In this document: positions 11,852 through 21,544 of the stretch, one piece after another
How positions within the stretch are numbered: position 1 is the stretch's first letter
Layout of the letters: each line of letters starts with the position of its first letter
Assembly (NCBI GenBank): GCA_964469555.1
Contig: CAYYAQ010000004.1
Location: 28,093 to 83,471 of the forward strand
Direction of reading: 5' to 3'
Length of the DNA stretch: 55,379 nt
DNA from: an uncultured candidatus Brocadiaceae bacterium
GTDB lineage: Bacteria > Planctomycetota > UBA1135 > UBA2386
Notes under the pieces: generated by a model
Told to the model about the DNA's origin: nothing
What the model saw: the letters and a program-made list of their open reading frames with translations, nothing else
Databases searched by the model: none
Position numbers and translations under genes: made by a program

Positions 11852-13721
11852 TCTGTTGTTGTTTGACTATCTCGTCGACACGCGCTGCGAGTTCGTCGCT
11901 GTAGAACGGCAATCCCTGCACCTTCGTGAAGGACTTCGCGTCGATGAGGAACTTGCTCCGGATCAGCATGGCGAGCTGGCCGCGGTTCATTTCGGGGATC
12001 AAGACCGTCTTGAAGGCTCTCAACAACCCCTCGAGATTCTTCGGGAACGGGTTCAGGTGGCGAAGGATGCAGGCGCTCACGCTCTTGCCACTTTTCCGCA
12101 GTCTCAGCACGGCGCCGGTGATCGGCCCGCGCGTCGACCCCCAACCGAGAATCAGCACGTCGCCCGAGGTCTCGCCGAGGAACCACGCATCCTCGATGTC
12201 GTCGGCGATGTTCGCGACCTTGTTCTCGCGGACCATCGTCATGTGCTCGTGGTTGTCCGGGTCGTAGCTGATGTTGCCGGTGAGGTCCTGCTTTTCGAGT
12301 CCACCGATTCGATGGTGCCGACCCACGGTGCCCGGGATCGCCCAATTGCGCGCGAGCGTCTTGGGATCGCGGGCGTACGGCTGAAACTCCTCACCGTCGG
12401 CGGCGTCCGGAACGAAGTTCACCTGTAGATCTGGAAAGTCATCGGCGTTCGGGATCTTCCATGGCTCGGAGCCATTCGCGATCGCGCCGTCGGACAGGAT
12501 GATGACCGGCGTCATGTACTTGAGCGCGATGCGCACGGCCTCGAACGCGGTGGCAAACGCGTCGCTCGGGCTCGAGGGCGCGAGTACTGGCACGGGAGAC
12601 TCGCCGTTTCGGCCAAACATCGCCTGCAGCAGGTCCGACTGTTCGGTCTTCGTCGGTATTCCCGTCGAGGGTCCACTGCGCTGCACGTTTACGATGACCA
12701 GCGGCAGCTCGGTCATCACGGCCAGCCCGACGGCCTCGGCCTTGAGGGCCAGTCCCGGACCACTCGTCGTCGTCACGCCGATCTTGCCCGCGTACGACGC
12801 GCCGATGGCGGCGCACACGGCGGCGATCTCGTCCTCGGCCTGGAACGTGATCACGCCGTGGTTCTTGTAACCACTCATCTGGTGCAGGATGTCGCTGGCC
12901 GGCGTGATCGGGTACGAGCCCAGGAAGATGCGCAGCCCCGACTTCTTCGACGCGGCGAGCAACCCGAGGCCGAGGGCCTGGTTGCCCATGATGTTGCGGT
13001 AGGTGCCCGAGGGAAGATCCGTGGCCTTCTTGACCTTGTAGGAGTTCGAGAAGAGCCCGGTGATGTCCGCGTAGTTGTATCCCGCCTTGACGACCATCTT
13101 GTTCGCCTCGGCGATCTTCGGCTTCTTCTTGCCAAAGGTCTTGTCGAGCGCCTCGAGGGTCGGCTCGACGTCGCGGTTGTAGAGCCAGTAGAGCATGCCC
13201 AGCGCGAACATGTTCTTGCACCGGTCCTTGTCGGCCTTGCTGAGCTCGGTCTCCTTGAGCGTCTCGTGCGTCAGCTTCTCCAGATCGACCTCGACCACGC
13301 GGTACCCATCGAGCGTGCCGTCCTCGAGCGGGTTGCTGTCGTATTTGGCCTTTCTGAGATCCGATGCCCGGAACCTTGCCGTGTTCATGATCAAGAGCCC
13401 ATCCTTCGGCAGTTCGCCGATGTGGGCCTTGAGCGCAGCGGGATTCATCGCGACCAGCACGTCCGGGCGGTGACCCGGCGTGTGGATGTCAAAGTTCGAG
13501 AATCGCAGCTGGAATGCCGAGACGCCCGGAAGCGTTCCGGCGGGAGCGCGGATCTCCGCGGGAAAATCTGGGAACGTCGCCAGGTCGTTGCCCATGAGAG
13601 CCGACGTCCGGGTGAACTGGCTCCCCACAAGCTGCATTCCATCACCGGAATCTCCGGCGAAACGGATGGTGACCTCGTCGAGTTCCTGAACCTTCTTGGC
13701 GCCGTCTTGGCCCTTGTCCAT
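11820..13721 (-). CDS. korA: 2-oxoacid:ferredoxin oxidoreductase, alpha subunit (gamma-alpha fused)
   Basis: AGDSGDGMQL, PAEIRAP, GSYPITPASD, QAEDEIAA, QRSGPSTGIPT. Confidence 0.95.
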   Translation of the reverse strand: MDKGQDGAKKVQELDEVTIRFAGDSGDGMQLVGSQFTRTSALMGNDLATFPDFPAEIRAPAGTLPGVSAFQLRFSNFDIHTPGHRPDVLVAMNPAALKAHIGELPKDGLLIMNTARFRASDLRKAKYDSNPLEDGTLDGYRVVEVDLEKLTHETLKETELSKADKDRCKNMFALGMLYWLYNRDVEPTLEALDKTFGKKKPKIAEANKMVVKAGYNYADITGLFSNSYKVKKATDLPSGTYRNIMGNQALGLGLLAASKKSGLRIFLGSYPITPASDILHQMSGYKNHGVITFQAEDEIAAVCAAIGASYAGKIGVTTTSGPGLALKAEAVGLAVMTELPLVIVNVQRSGPSTGIPTKTEQSDLLQAMFGRNGESPVPVLAPSSPSDAFATAFEAVRIALKYMTPVIILSDGAIANGSEPWKIPNADDFPDLQVNFVPDAADGEEFQPYARDPKTLARNWAIPGTVGRHHRIGGLEKQDLTGNISYDPDNHEHMTMVRENKVANIADDIEDAWFLGETSGDVLILGWGSTRGPITGAVLRLRKSGKSVSACILRHLNPFPKNLEGLLRAFKTVLIPEMNRGQLAMLIRSKFLIDAKSFTKVQGLPFYSDELAARVDEIVKQQQSEHKDDRHQQ

Positions 13722-13911
13722 CGGTCGTAAGGCGTGCGCATACGCCGGGGGTTAGGTAGGGAGATGGGATCATCCCGCCGGGGACCAGGAGGGGCATCGC
13801 GGTAGCCCGGATCGGGATGGGGGAAGGTAGACCCGATATCGGTGTTTTCCAAGCACCGCGGAAGGTCTATCCGCGACTGCCGAGGGACTCTCGACCGCCG
13901 GATAACCCGGC

Positions 13912-16590
13912 CTAGCCCGACATCTTCCGGAACTGCGCCACTCGCTCGACGGCGACAGCCCGGACCTTCTTCATCGGAACGCCGGTGAGGAGTTCCATCA
14001 TCTCGTCGACGTGGGTCACCGCGTGGATGCTGAACTTGCCCGCGGCGACCGCGGCCACCACTTCGGGATTCAGCATCATGTCGGCGACATTGGCCACTGG
14101 CAGAATGACCCCCTGAGTGCCGGTGAGACCGCGAGAACGGCACAACCGGAAGAACCCCTCGATCTTCTCGTTCACTCCGCTGACCGCCTGGATCACTCCC
14201 AGCTGGTTGATGGAGCCGGTCACGCCGAACCCCTGATCGATCGGGATGTCGGTCAAGCTCGAGAGCAACGCGCACAGCTCCGCGGACGAGGCGGAGTCCC
14301 CGTCCACGCCGCCGTAGGTCTGCTCGAAGCAGATCGTGGCCTGGAGGTTCAGCGGCTCCTCGCTCGCCAATTCCCTGAGAAGGTACCCGTGAAGGATCAT
14401 GACGCCCTTGTCATGGAGCGGGCCGGACAGGTCGGATTCTCGCTCGATGTTGACGACGCCAGATCGATTCACGGGACCGGCTCCCGTCACGGCCGTAATC
14501 CGGCTCGGCTTGCCGAATATGAGCGCATCGCTCTCGAGGACAGTCAGCGCATTGATCTGGCCGACGGTCTTGCCCTTCGACTGCATCAGCAGGTAGCCAT
14601 CCTTGAAGTCCCGCTCGACGCACTCGCGAGGGAGATCGACCCGATAGGTGCGAGTCTGGATCGCCTGCTCGATGTGGGCGCGGGTGATGATCTTGGCGCC
14701 GGAACTCTCACAGATGAAGGAGGCCTCGCGGGCGAGGTCAGCGAGCTCGCCGTAGCGCGCGGTCAGCTTGTCCTTGCGACCGGCGAGCCGGGCGCCGTAT
14801 TCGACGATGGCAGCATTCGCATCGGCGTTGAACGGGCAGAGCTTCTCCTCCCTTCGAAACCACTCGACGAGGTCGGCGTATCGCCGCATGTTGCCCTTCG
14901 TCGCGGGCATGACAGTGTCGAACTCCGCGTGGATCTTGAACGCCTGCAGGAACTGGCTGTCCTCGGTGGCGAGAGTCTCGTAGGCCCCCGGATCTCCGAT
15001 CAGGATCACCTTCAGGGTGATGGGCACCGCCTCGGGCTGCAGGGTGCCGGAAGTGACTCCGGAGTTCGGATCGAACTCGCGGATCTCGACGCGACCGACC
15101 TTTACGGCGCGCTTGAGTTGGGTCCAAACACCCGGTTCGCTCATCAACTCCGAGAGCCGAAGGATGAGATACCCGCCGTCGCTGCGCAGGATCGAACCCG
15201 GGTGGAGCTGCCCCAGGCTCGGCGTGTGGCCGTCCCGGGACTGTTCGACGACGCCGAAGAGGTTCGAATAGGTCGGATGGGTCTCGAGGACCACCGGGCA
15301 CTCGTCGCCGTCACTGGTCTTGATGACGTGGACCTCGACGCCGAGGAATCGCACGGGTTCGCCCCGGCCCGCCGGGGGCGGCGTCGGGTAGGGCGGCTGC
15401 GGAAGTCCTTCCGGGGGCGGCGGCTGCGGAAGTCCTTCCGGGGGCGGCGGCTGCGTGCTGTCGTCCGGCAGGTGGTCTTCCGCATCGTGCCGTGGATCAC
15501 CCGTCACCCACCGATCGAGATCCAGCAGGATGTACTCCTGCAAGCTATCGAGGAATTCAGTGACCTCATCGTGATTCCAACGCCGTCCGAAACTGCGCAG
15601 ATGGGACCTCAGGACGTGGATCGCGACGTGACGGTCCATCCTGCGGAGCTCTTCGTCCGTATCGTGGGAGATGCGGAGCAGACGCTCGGTGACCTCTTCC
15701 AGGCGGTCCATCAACTTGTCGCGCTTGGCCCGCAACCTGAGATACTTGGTGTTGCTGACCTGACCCTGGGCCACCAGGTCGCGGAACGCTTCCAGGTTGA
15801 CCGCCTCCCCCTCGTAGATCGGATAGATGTCGGCCATCATGCCGCCGCCGGAGCCAGGGAATTGCACGACGGACAAGCCGTCCTTCTTGGCCTGGCGGTC
15901 GAGCGCCGCCATCAATCGCTTCTCGCGTTCTTCCGCCGAGCGCAGCACGAGGTCGTGGGACACTCTGTGAGTTCGCGAACGGATCACGCTGCCGAGAGTC
16001 TCCTGTAGGACGTGCACGAGTTCGTGCATGTCGTCGCGGAAGTTCGGGCCCTCGCCGCGCGGGAGGGTGATCAGGCGCGGTCGATTGGGCTGCCGGAAGT
16101 TGCTCACGAAGACCCGGTCTTCGACGAGTTTCCCCGTCGGCTTCAGACGGCGGATCAGGTCCGTGACCAGGCGCGTGCGCCCGGATCCTGGCATGCCCGA
16201 GACGAAGATGTTGTAGCCCGGCGCGTAGAGGGCCAGCCCGGTGCGGAAGGCCGCGATCGGTCGGTCCTGACCGAGCAGGGTGGAGATCCCGTGCTTGCGG
16301 CTGCCCGAAGAGATCGGTGGGCATGACCAGCGGAGAGCTGAGGGCGCGAGCAGGGTGCGTTCGCGAACACTCTTCGAGTGTCGCGTCGGACGCAAGCCGA
16401 CCACCCGCGCCGTCGACGAATCAGGCTCCCGCGCCTTGCCCTTGACAGTCGATTTCTCGACCTTGACCTCTCGAAGCGGCGCGGACTTGCCCGCTGGGCC
16501 GCTCTGTTTCGCCGTCGTCTTGCGACCGCCCTTGGCCGCCGGTGTCGGCTTCTTCCGAGAAGGCCTGCGTGACTTGTGTTTCTTTTTCAT
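13912..16590 (-). CDS. Lon-like (LonC-type) S16 protease with AAA-like domain
   Basis: GQDRP, YNIFVSGMPGSGRT (Walker A Lys replaced by Arg), LQPEAVP, GQINAL, and the catalytic dyad contexts DGDSAS and GVNEKIEGFF. Confidence 0.9.
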   Translation of the reverse strand: MKKKHKSRRPSRKKPTPAAKGGRKTTAKQSGPAGKSAPLREVKVEKSTVKGKAREPDSSTARVVGLRPTRHSKSVRERTLLAPSALRWSCPPISSGSRKHGISTLLGQDRPIAAFRTGLALYAPGYNIFVSGMPGSGRTRLVTDLIRRLKPTGKLVEDRVFVSNFRQPNRPRLITLPRGEGPNFRDDMHELVHVLQETLGSVIRSRTHRVSHDLVLRSAEEREKRLMAALDRQAKKDGLSVVQFPGSGGGMMADIYPIYEGEAVNLEAFRDLVAQGQVSNTKYLRLRAKRDKLMDRLEEVTERLLRISHDTDEELRRMDRHVAIHVLRSHLRSFGRRWNHDEVTEFLDSLQEYILLDLDRWVTGDPRHDAEDHLPDDSTQPPPPEGLPQPPPPEGLPQPPYPTPPPAGRGEPVRFLGVEVHVIKTSDGDECPVVLETHPTYSNLFGVVEQSRDGHTPSLGQLHPGSILRSDGGYLILRLSELMSEPGVWTQLKRAVKVGRVEIREFDPNSGVTSGTLQPEAVPITLKVILIGDPGAYETLATEDSQFLQAFKIHAEFDTVMPATKGNMRRYADLVEWFRREEKLCPFNADANAAIVEYGARLAGRKDKLTARYGELADLAREASFICESSGAKIITRAHIEQAIQTRTYRVDLPRECVERDFKDGYLLMQSKGKTVGQINALTVLESDALIFGKPSRITAVTGAGPVNRSGVVNIERESDLSGPLHDKGVMILHGYLLRELASEEPLNLQATICFEQTYGGVDGDSASSAELCALLSSLTDIPIDQGFGVTGSINQLGVIQAVSGVNEKIEGFFRLCRSRGLTGTQGVILPVANVADMMLNPEVVAAVAAGKFSIHAVTHVDEMMELLTGVPMKKVRAVAVERVAQFRKMSG
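15392..15455. repeat. 27-bp tandem repeat (about 2.4 copies) encoding QPPPPEGLP
   Basis: GGCGGCTGCGGAAGTCCTTCCGGGGGC twice, plus a partial third copy. Confidence 0.9.
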
Positions 16591-16615
16591 GTGGTGTGGT
16601 GTCTCACAGTTCGGG

Positions 16616-17074
16616 CTAGGCCCTGGCCACGAGCACTGGGCAAGGTGCAGCTTTGAGAATCTCGCCGGCGGTGCTGCCGAGCAGCGCCCGACTGAGCCCG
16701 GACCGACCGTGGCTACGGACGAGAATGAGGTCGACCTTCTGCATGATCGCCTCCTTCAAGATCTGCGCTTCGATCTCTTCGCTGACGGTCGCGTGGCCCC
16801 ACGCCTTGATGCCCTTCTCGACAGCCTGGTCGACGAACTGCTGCAGGACGGCCTTCGCCTCCTTGACGAGCATCTCGTTGAAGCCTTCCGAACGGTCATG
16901 CTTCATCTGCATGCGGCGAATCATCGAAGCGGCGGCGGCGGTGTCGATCACGGCTACGAGGATCAGCTCGGCACCGAGTTGGGCGGCGACGTCGATCGCG
17001 TAGTCCACCTCTGGAGGCGCCTCTTCGACCAGCTCGACCGGTACGAGGATTTTGTGGATCACCTTGGCGGACAT
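16616..17074 (-). CDS. Universal stress protein (Usp family)
   Basis: KILVPV at the N-terminus; DLILVRSHGRSGLSRALLGSTAGEILKAAPCPVLV at the C-terminus. Confidence 0.92.
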   Translation of the reverse strand: MSAKVIHKILVPVELVEEAPPEVDYAIDVAAQLGAELILVAVIDTAAAASMIRRMQMKHDRSEGFNEMLVKEAKAVLQQFVDQAVEKGIKAWGHATVSEEIEAQILKEAIMQKVDLILVRSHGRSGLSRALLGSTAGEILKAAPCPVLVARA

Positions 17075-17155
17075 CGGAGGAAGCTTAACGCTGGCGAACA
17101 ACCAATCTAGAGTGTGGAAATGGGTACCACACGCCGATCGTTCTATCCTTCGACC

Positions 17156-18508
17156 ATGCGCACGTTTCGCCTGGATCGTCTCGTCCTTTGGCTCGCCCTG
17201 CTCAGCCCCTGCGCGGCACAGGGCGGCTGGACCCCGCTGGGAGGCAAGGATCTGGCTGCGTGGCGCAATCCGGCAGCATGGAAAATCGTCGGTTCTGCGG
17301 CAAAGGCCGGGAAGGATGGAAGGAAGCTCGAATCCAGCCCCGGAGAGGGGGTCCTGATCAATGGCGCCGGTCGGACGCGCAACCTGCTGAGTGTCGCGGA
17401 ATTCGGCGACATCGTCGCGCACATCGAGTTCATGGTGCCCAGGGGTTCGAACTCGGGCATCTACTTCCAGGGTCGCTACGAGGTGCAGATCCTGGACAGC
17501 TGGGGGGTGGCGAAACCCTCGTTTGGTGACTGCGGCGGCATCTACCAGCGGTGGAAGGCGGGCAAGGGCTACGAGGGTCATCCCCCCCGCGTCAACGCGA
17601 GTCGAAAACCCGGCGAGTGGCAGGCCTTCGACGTGATATTTCGCGCTCCGAGATTCGATGCGGGCGGGAAGAAGACCGAAAATGCGCGATTCGTCCGCGT
17701 CGAGCTCAACGGCGTGGTGATCCACGAGAACGTCGAGGTGACGGGGCCGACGCGGGCCGCGGCACTGGGCGGCGACAAGCCGCGAGGGCCGCTCATGTTC
17801 CAGGGGGATCATGGACCGGTGGCGTACCGGAACGTGCGCGTGCGGAAGGCGGCCAAGGCGGACATGAGACGGCGGCTCTGGGTGTCGACGGAGGCGCATG
17901 TCATCGAGAAGGTCGAGGGATTCGAGCTGGTCGTGGATCCAAGGTTGCGCGAACAGGAGAAGCTGCACGGGAGGACGATGCAGGAGGTGCGGAGTCAGCT
18001 GTACCAGATCACGCGCAAGGTCCCGGCGGCAGCGCTCGCGAAGCTGCGCAAGGTCCGGATCTTCATCGAGAACCGGAGTGACACGCGGTGCATGGCCTAC
18101 CACCCGTCACGACGGTGGCTCGAGCAGCACAACATGAACGCGGACCTCGCGCTCTGCGTGGAGCTCGGCAATCCGAAGGCCTTCCTCGCGTGGACGAAGG
18201 CACAGCCGTGGATGATCTTGCACGAGCTGGCCCATGCGTACCACCATCAGTTCTTGAAGGGTGGTTTCGGGAACGCGATCGTCCGGGCGCACTTCGAAGC
18301 CGCGAGGAAGGCGAAGATCTACGAGAACATCCTGCACATCAACGGTGGGAAGGTGAGGGGGTACGCGCTGACGAACCACAAGGAGTACTTCGCGGAGACG
18401 AGCGAGGCCTACTTCGGCACAAACGACATGTACCCGTTCGTGCGCAGCGAACTGAAGGTCCACGACCCCGAACTGTTCCGCGCCTTCCGCACACTCTGGG
18501 GCAAGTAG
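17156..18508 (+). CDS. Secreted DUF1080 (3-keto-disaccharide hydrolase-like) domain fused to a zincin metallopeptidase-like domain
   Basis: Signal peptide; NSGIYFQGRYEVQILDS and FQGDHGPVAYRN; then HELAH and YALTNHKEYFAETSEAYF. Confidence 0.85.
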   Translation: MRTFRLDRLVLWLALLSPCAAQGGWTPLGGKDLAAWRNPAAWKIVGSAAKAGKDGRKLESSPGEGVLINGAGRTRNLLSVAEFGDIVAHIEFMVPRGSNSGIYFQGRYEVQILDSWGVAKPSFGDCGGIYQRWKAGKGYEGHPPRVNASRKPGEWQAFDVIFRAPRFDAGGKKTENARFVRVELNGVVIHENVEVTGPTRAAALGGDKPRGPLMFQGDHGPVAYRNVRVRKAAKADMRRRLWVSTEAHVIEKVEGFELVVDPRLREQEKLHGRTMQEVRSQLYQITRKVPAAALAKLRKVRIFIENRSDTRCMAYHPSRRWLEQHNMNADLALCVELGNPKAFLAWTKAQPWMILHELAHAYHHQFLKGGFGNAIVRAHFEAARKAKIYENILHINGGKVRGYALTNHKEYFAETSEAYFGTNDMYPFVRSELKVHDPELFRAFRTLWGK

Positions 18509-18513
18509 GGGAT

Positions 18514-18699
18514 CTACTGGGAGTCGAAGAGGGCGGCGGTCTTATCGTTCAGGGGGACCCAGAACGTGTAGATGCCGAGTCCCGTGCCAATCGGGAAGAG
18601 GTTGCTGCACCGCAACACTGCGCGAACGGCGGTGTCCAGATCGATGCGATGGCCGATCGAGACGTAGATCGGGTTCACACCATCCCTCGTGCGAACGAC
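18514..18699 (-). pseudogene. Chimeric remnant: endonuclease V fragment joined to a membrane-protein C-terminus
   Basis: My translation: [32 protein letters not shown] (Nfi-like) continuing in frame into [29 protein letters not shown]; no start codon. Confidence 0.65.
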
Positions 18700-18740
18700 A
18701 GACTCGGAAACCGTGCGATCGAGGCCATGCAGTCCGCCGA

Positions 18741-19401
18741 CTACCGCTCGAACACGACCCGACCATCGACGATCGTCAGATCCGCGACCGTCTTCAAGAT
18801 GTCGCCTGGTTCACACTCGAGGATGTTCTTCGACAACACTGTCAAGTCCGCGAGCTTGCCGACCACGAGCGTGCCCTTGATGTTCTCCTCGAAACTGACG
18901 TAGGCACTCCCCCACGTATAGGCCTTGAGCGCGTCGGTGACGGAAAGCCGCTCGTCGGGGAACCACCCAGCCGCAGGCTTGCCCGTAATCGTCTGCCTCG
19001 TGACCGCCGCGTAGATCCCGAGCATCGGATTGATCGGATACGACGACGCCGACGTCCTTCACCCACTCGACGAACTCCGCCTGGGTCGTGGTCGTCATGA
19101 TGTTGAACTCGAGGAATCGAGCCGCGGACGCGAAGTGCACGTGGTTGTCGTTGAACCCGGGCACGACCAGTCGACCGCGGAGCGGGATCACGCGGGTCTT
19201 CGGGCCGCGCAACCCCAGCATCGACTCGGTCCCGCCCACCGCGAGGATCAGGTTGCCCCGCACGGCGACTGCCTGTGCGGGCGTTTCGCCGCCGCGGTAC
19301 ACGACTCCCCCGTAGAGGATGAGATCCGCCTTGGGCTTTTGGCGTTCCTGGGCGACGAGACCCGATGCCGTCAGCGCGAGCGCGAGGAGGCTGAATCGCA
19401 T
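18741..19401 (-). pseudogene. Amidohydrolase (YtcJ / amidohydro_3-like) with a large internal deletion
   Basis: N-terminal signal peptide, ADLILYGG and PGFNDNHVH; C-terminal GIYAAVTR, ALKAYTWGSAY, GKLADLTVL and TIVDGRVVF in another frame. The catalytic middle is missing. Confidence 0.85.
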
Positions 19402-19458
19402 GCCGGCATCCTATTGCGGCACCGGGGAGCTGTCTCGGCGGCTGCCTGCGCAGAACCG

Positions 19459-20226
19459 TCAGGTGCCTGACACCAGCCCCCCATCGACGCTCAGGACGGC
19501 TCCGTTCACGAAACCCGCCTGCTCGGAGGCGAGGAACAAGTACGCCGCAGCAACTTCCTCAGGACGGCCCAGACGTCTCACGGGCGTGCGCTCGGCCATG
19601 AGCGCGAGCACTTTCGCGGGGACGGCCAGCGCCATCTCCGTCTCGATGAATCCCGGGGCGATGGCGTTCGCGGTGATGCCGTGCTTGCCGAGTTCGCGCG
19701 CCCAGACCTTCGTCATGCCGATGACGCCGGTCTTCGCCGCCACGTAGTTTGTTTGGCCGAAGTTGCCGTAGAGCCCGACCACCGAACTCGCGCTGACGAT
19801 GCGCCCGTAGCCGCGCTCGACCATGTGCGGGACGACGCTCTGCGTGCAGAGGAACACGCCCTTGACGTTGACGGCGATGACGGCGTCGAAGTCCTCTTCA
19901 CTCATCATGTCGACGACCTCCCCGTCGACGACCTTGACGAGTTGGGCGTCTCGCACGATTCCAGCGTTGTTGATCAGGATGTCGATCTGGCCGTACCGAT
20001 CGAGGGTCGCGGCGGTCGCCGCTCCGACCTGCGAGCCATCGGTGACATCGACGGCGCAGCCGAGCGCGTCGGGGAGCGCCTCCGTCACGAGATGCACTTC
20101 GTCAGCATCACGGTCCCAGAGCGCGACGGCGGCACCGGACTCGGTCAAGGCCTCGGCGACCGCCCGACCGATACCCTTGGCGGCCCCGGTGACGACGGCG
20201 ACGCGGTCTTGAAAATCCAGGTTCAC
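19459..20226 (-). CDS. fabG: 3-oxoacyl-ACP reductase / acetoacetyl-CoA reductase-like SDR
   Basis: TGAAKGIG, NNAGIVRD, GNFGQTNYVAAK, APGFIETEM. Confidence 0.85.
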   Translation of the reverse strand: MNLDFQDRVAVVTGAAKGIGRAVAEALTESGAAVALWDRDADEVHLVTEALPDALGCAVDVTDGSQVGAATAATLDRYGQIDILINNAGIVRDAQLVKVVDGEVVDMMSEEDFDAVIAVNVKGVFLCTQSVVPHMVERGYGRIVSASSVVGLYGNFGQTNYVAAKTGVIGMTKVWARELGKHGITANAIAPGFIETEMALAVPAKVLALMAERTPVRRLGRPEEVAAAYLFLASEQAGFVNGAVLSVDGGLVSGT

Positions 20227-20333
20227 GTGGCGGGTGATTGTCGTCGCCGACAGGGGAAAGTAGAAGCGGCCAGATCGGAACTCGTCCGGTCTGGCCGCTG
20301 CCTCCCGCCTTCGCCAGGCGGCGATGTCTGGAG

Positions 20334-21275
20334 CTACCTGTCCTTCTTGCGGCGGCGCAGCTGCTCCTTCGCCTTCTGCAACTCCCTCAGGGCCTTCTCC
20401 AGCTCCGCGAGCGGCTTGCGCAGTTCCATGACGTGCTGCTCGGAATCGGTGCGACGACCTCGCTCGTTGCGCTCCCGCTCGCGTTCGCGGCCATCATTCT
20501 TCTTGGCCCGTTCCGCGGTTGCGTAGAACTGTTTCCCTAGCTTGATCACGACCTCCGCGTGCTTCCCCTTCTGGCCACTCAGGATCTCACCGGCCATGAG
20601 CAAATGCTTCGCGGTCGCCATCCGGCTCGGCGCATCCTCGTACACCTTCTGCGCCTTCTTGTTGCGAACGCCCTTCAACCGGAGGCTCAGGGCTTGCGAT
20701 GCACGGTGCAACGACTCTGCCGCATCGCCTCGCTCCGCCTTCTTGAGAACGCCAACGCTGTAGTTCATGATCTCGAACTGCTGCGCGGCAACCTGGCGCT
20801 CGGTGAGCTTCTTCTTGGTGTTCTTGGTGTTCTTGGGCTGTTGCTTCTGGCGCACGCGGCCTTCCCGCCTCTCGTCGCGCCCCCGGTCGCCGCGGGCCAG
20901 GATCTTCCGCAGTTTCCGCGAGTACATGTTGAGCTTCTGGGCCTGCGCGGACTGGCCAGATTCCTTGAGAGCGCCGACCGCACGCTCCAGGTGCTTCCAC
21001 AACCCGTTGTATTCATCACGACGGCGATCGCGCTCGTTCTTGCTGCGGCCTTCGCCATTCCGGTTCGAGACCGCCGCCAGCCTCTTCGTGAGTGCGCTCG
21101 CGTCCGACAGCAGCTTCCGGGCCTGCTCGTGACGACCTTCCACCACCAGCTTCTCGGCCTGGTTCGTCAGCGAGTGGATTCTCTTCTTCGCCGCCTCGAG
21201 TTCGTCGTTCTGGGCGGTGGCGGTGGCGACGAAGACCGCCAGAGCCATCACGAGCAGGGCGGATAGTCGTTTCAT
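20334..21275 (-). CDS. Secreted basic helical / coiled-coil hypothetical protein
   Basis: Signal peptide MKRLSALLVMALAVFVATATAQ; GAGGA RBS; heptad-rich C-terminus. Confidence 0.75.
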   Translation of the reverse strand: MKRLSALLVMALAVFVATATAQNDELEAAKKRIHSLTNQAEKLVVEGRHEQARKLLSDASALTKRLAAVSNRNGEGRSKNERDRRRDEYNGLWKHLERAVGALKESGQSAQAQKLNMYSRKLRKILARGDRGRDERREGRVRQKQQPKNTKNTKKKLTERQVAAQQFEIMNYSVGVLKKAERGDAAESLHRASQALSLRLKGVRNKKAQKVYEDAPSRMATAKHLLMAGEILSGQKGKHAEVVIKLGKQFYATAERAKKNDGRERERERNERGRRTDSEQHVMELRKPLAELEKALRELQKAKEQLRRRKKDR

Positions 21276-21506
21276 CGTGGTTCTTCCTCGGAAAGGGGGA
21301 GCAGTGCGTGCGTCGCGCCGATGCGAACGCGAGACGATACCTTGGGGAGGCTCACGCCCCGTGCTCCATCGGGTGGTTCAGCGGCGCAGCTTGACGACCG
21401 GAAACGGTCACCCGAAATCGCCCGAACAAGAAACAGATGTAATCGCTAACATCCTGGATTGCGGCCCCCGCGACCGGTTTCGGCGAAGTGTCCGGCTTGG
21501 GGCACT

Positions 21507-21544
21507 ACCCTTCCCCACTATCATCACCCTTCCCCACTAACATG
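21507..21544 (+). repeat. Imperfect 19-bp tandem duplication ending at the Kelch start codon
   Basis: ACCCTTCCCCACTATCATC followed by ACCCTTCCCCACTAACATG. Confidence 0.75.

Noticed and set aside
13722-13911. Possible riboswitch or ncRNA upstream of korA (TAGACC...GGTCTA pairing)
   Set aside because: There are only short stems, plausible by chance at this GC, and no recognisable family consensus; an Rfam scan would settle it.
15392-15455. 27-bp repeat as a possible CRISPR array
   Set aside because: The copies are adjacent with no spacers, are in frame inside a CDS, and no cas genes are present.
16616-18103. Extended starts of the Usp, GT2 (2772), phosphatase (44706), ATPase (43633) and acs (47819) ORFs
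   Set aside because: The extensions overlap neighbouring genes and precede the family N-terminal motifs, so I trimmed them to internal starts.
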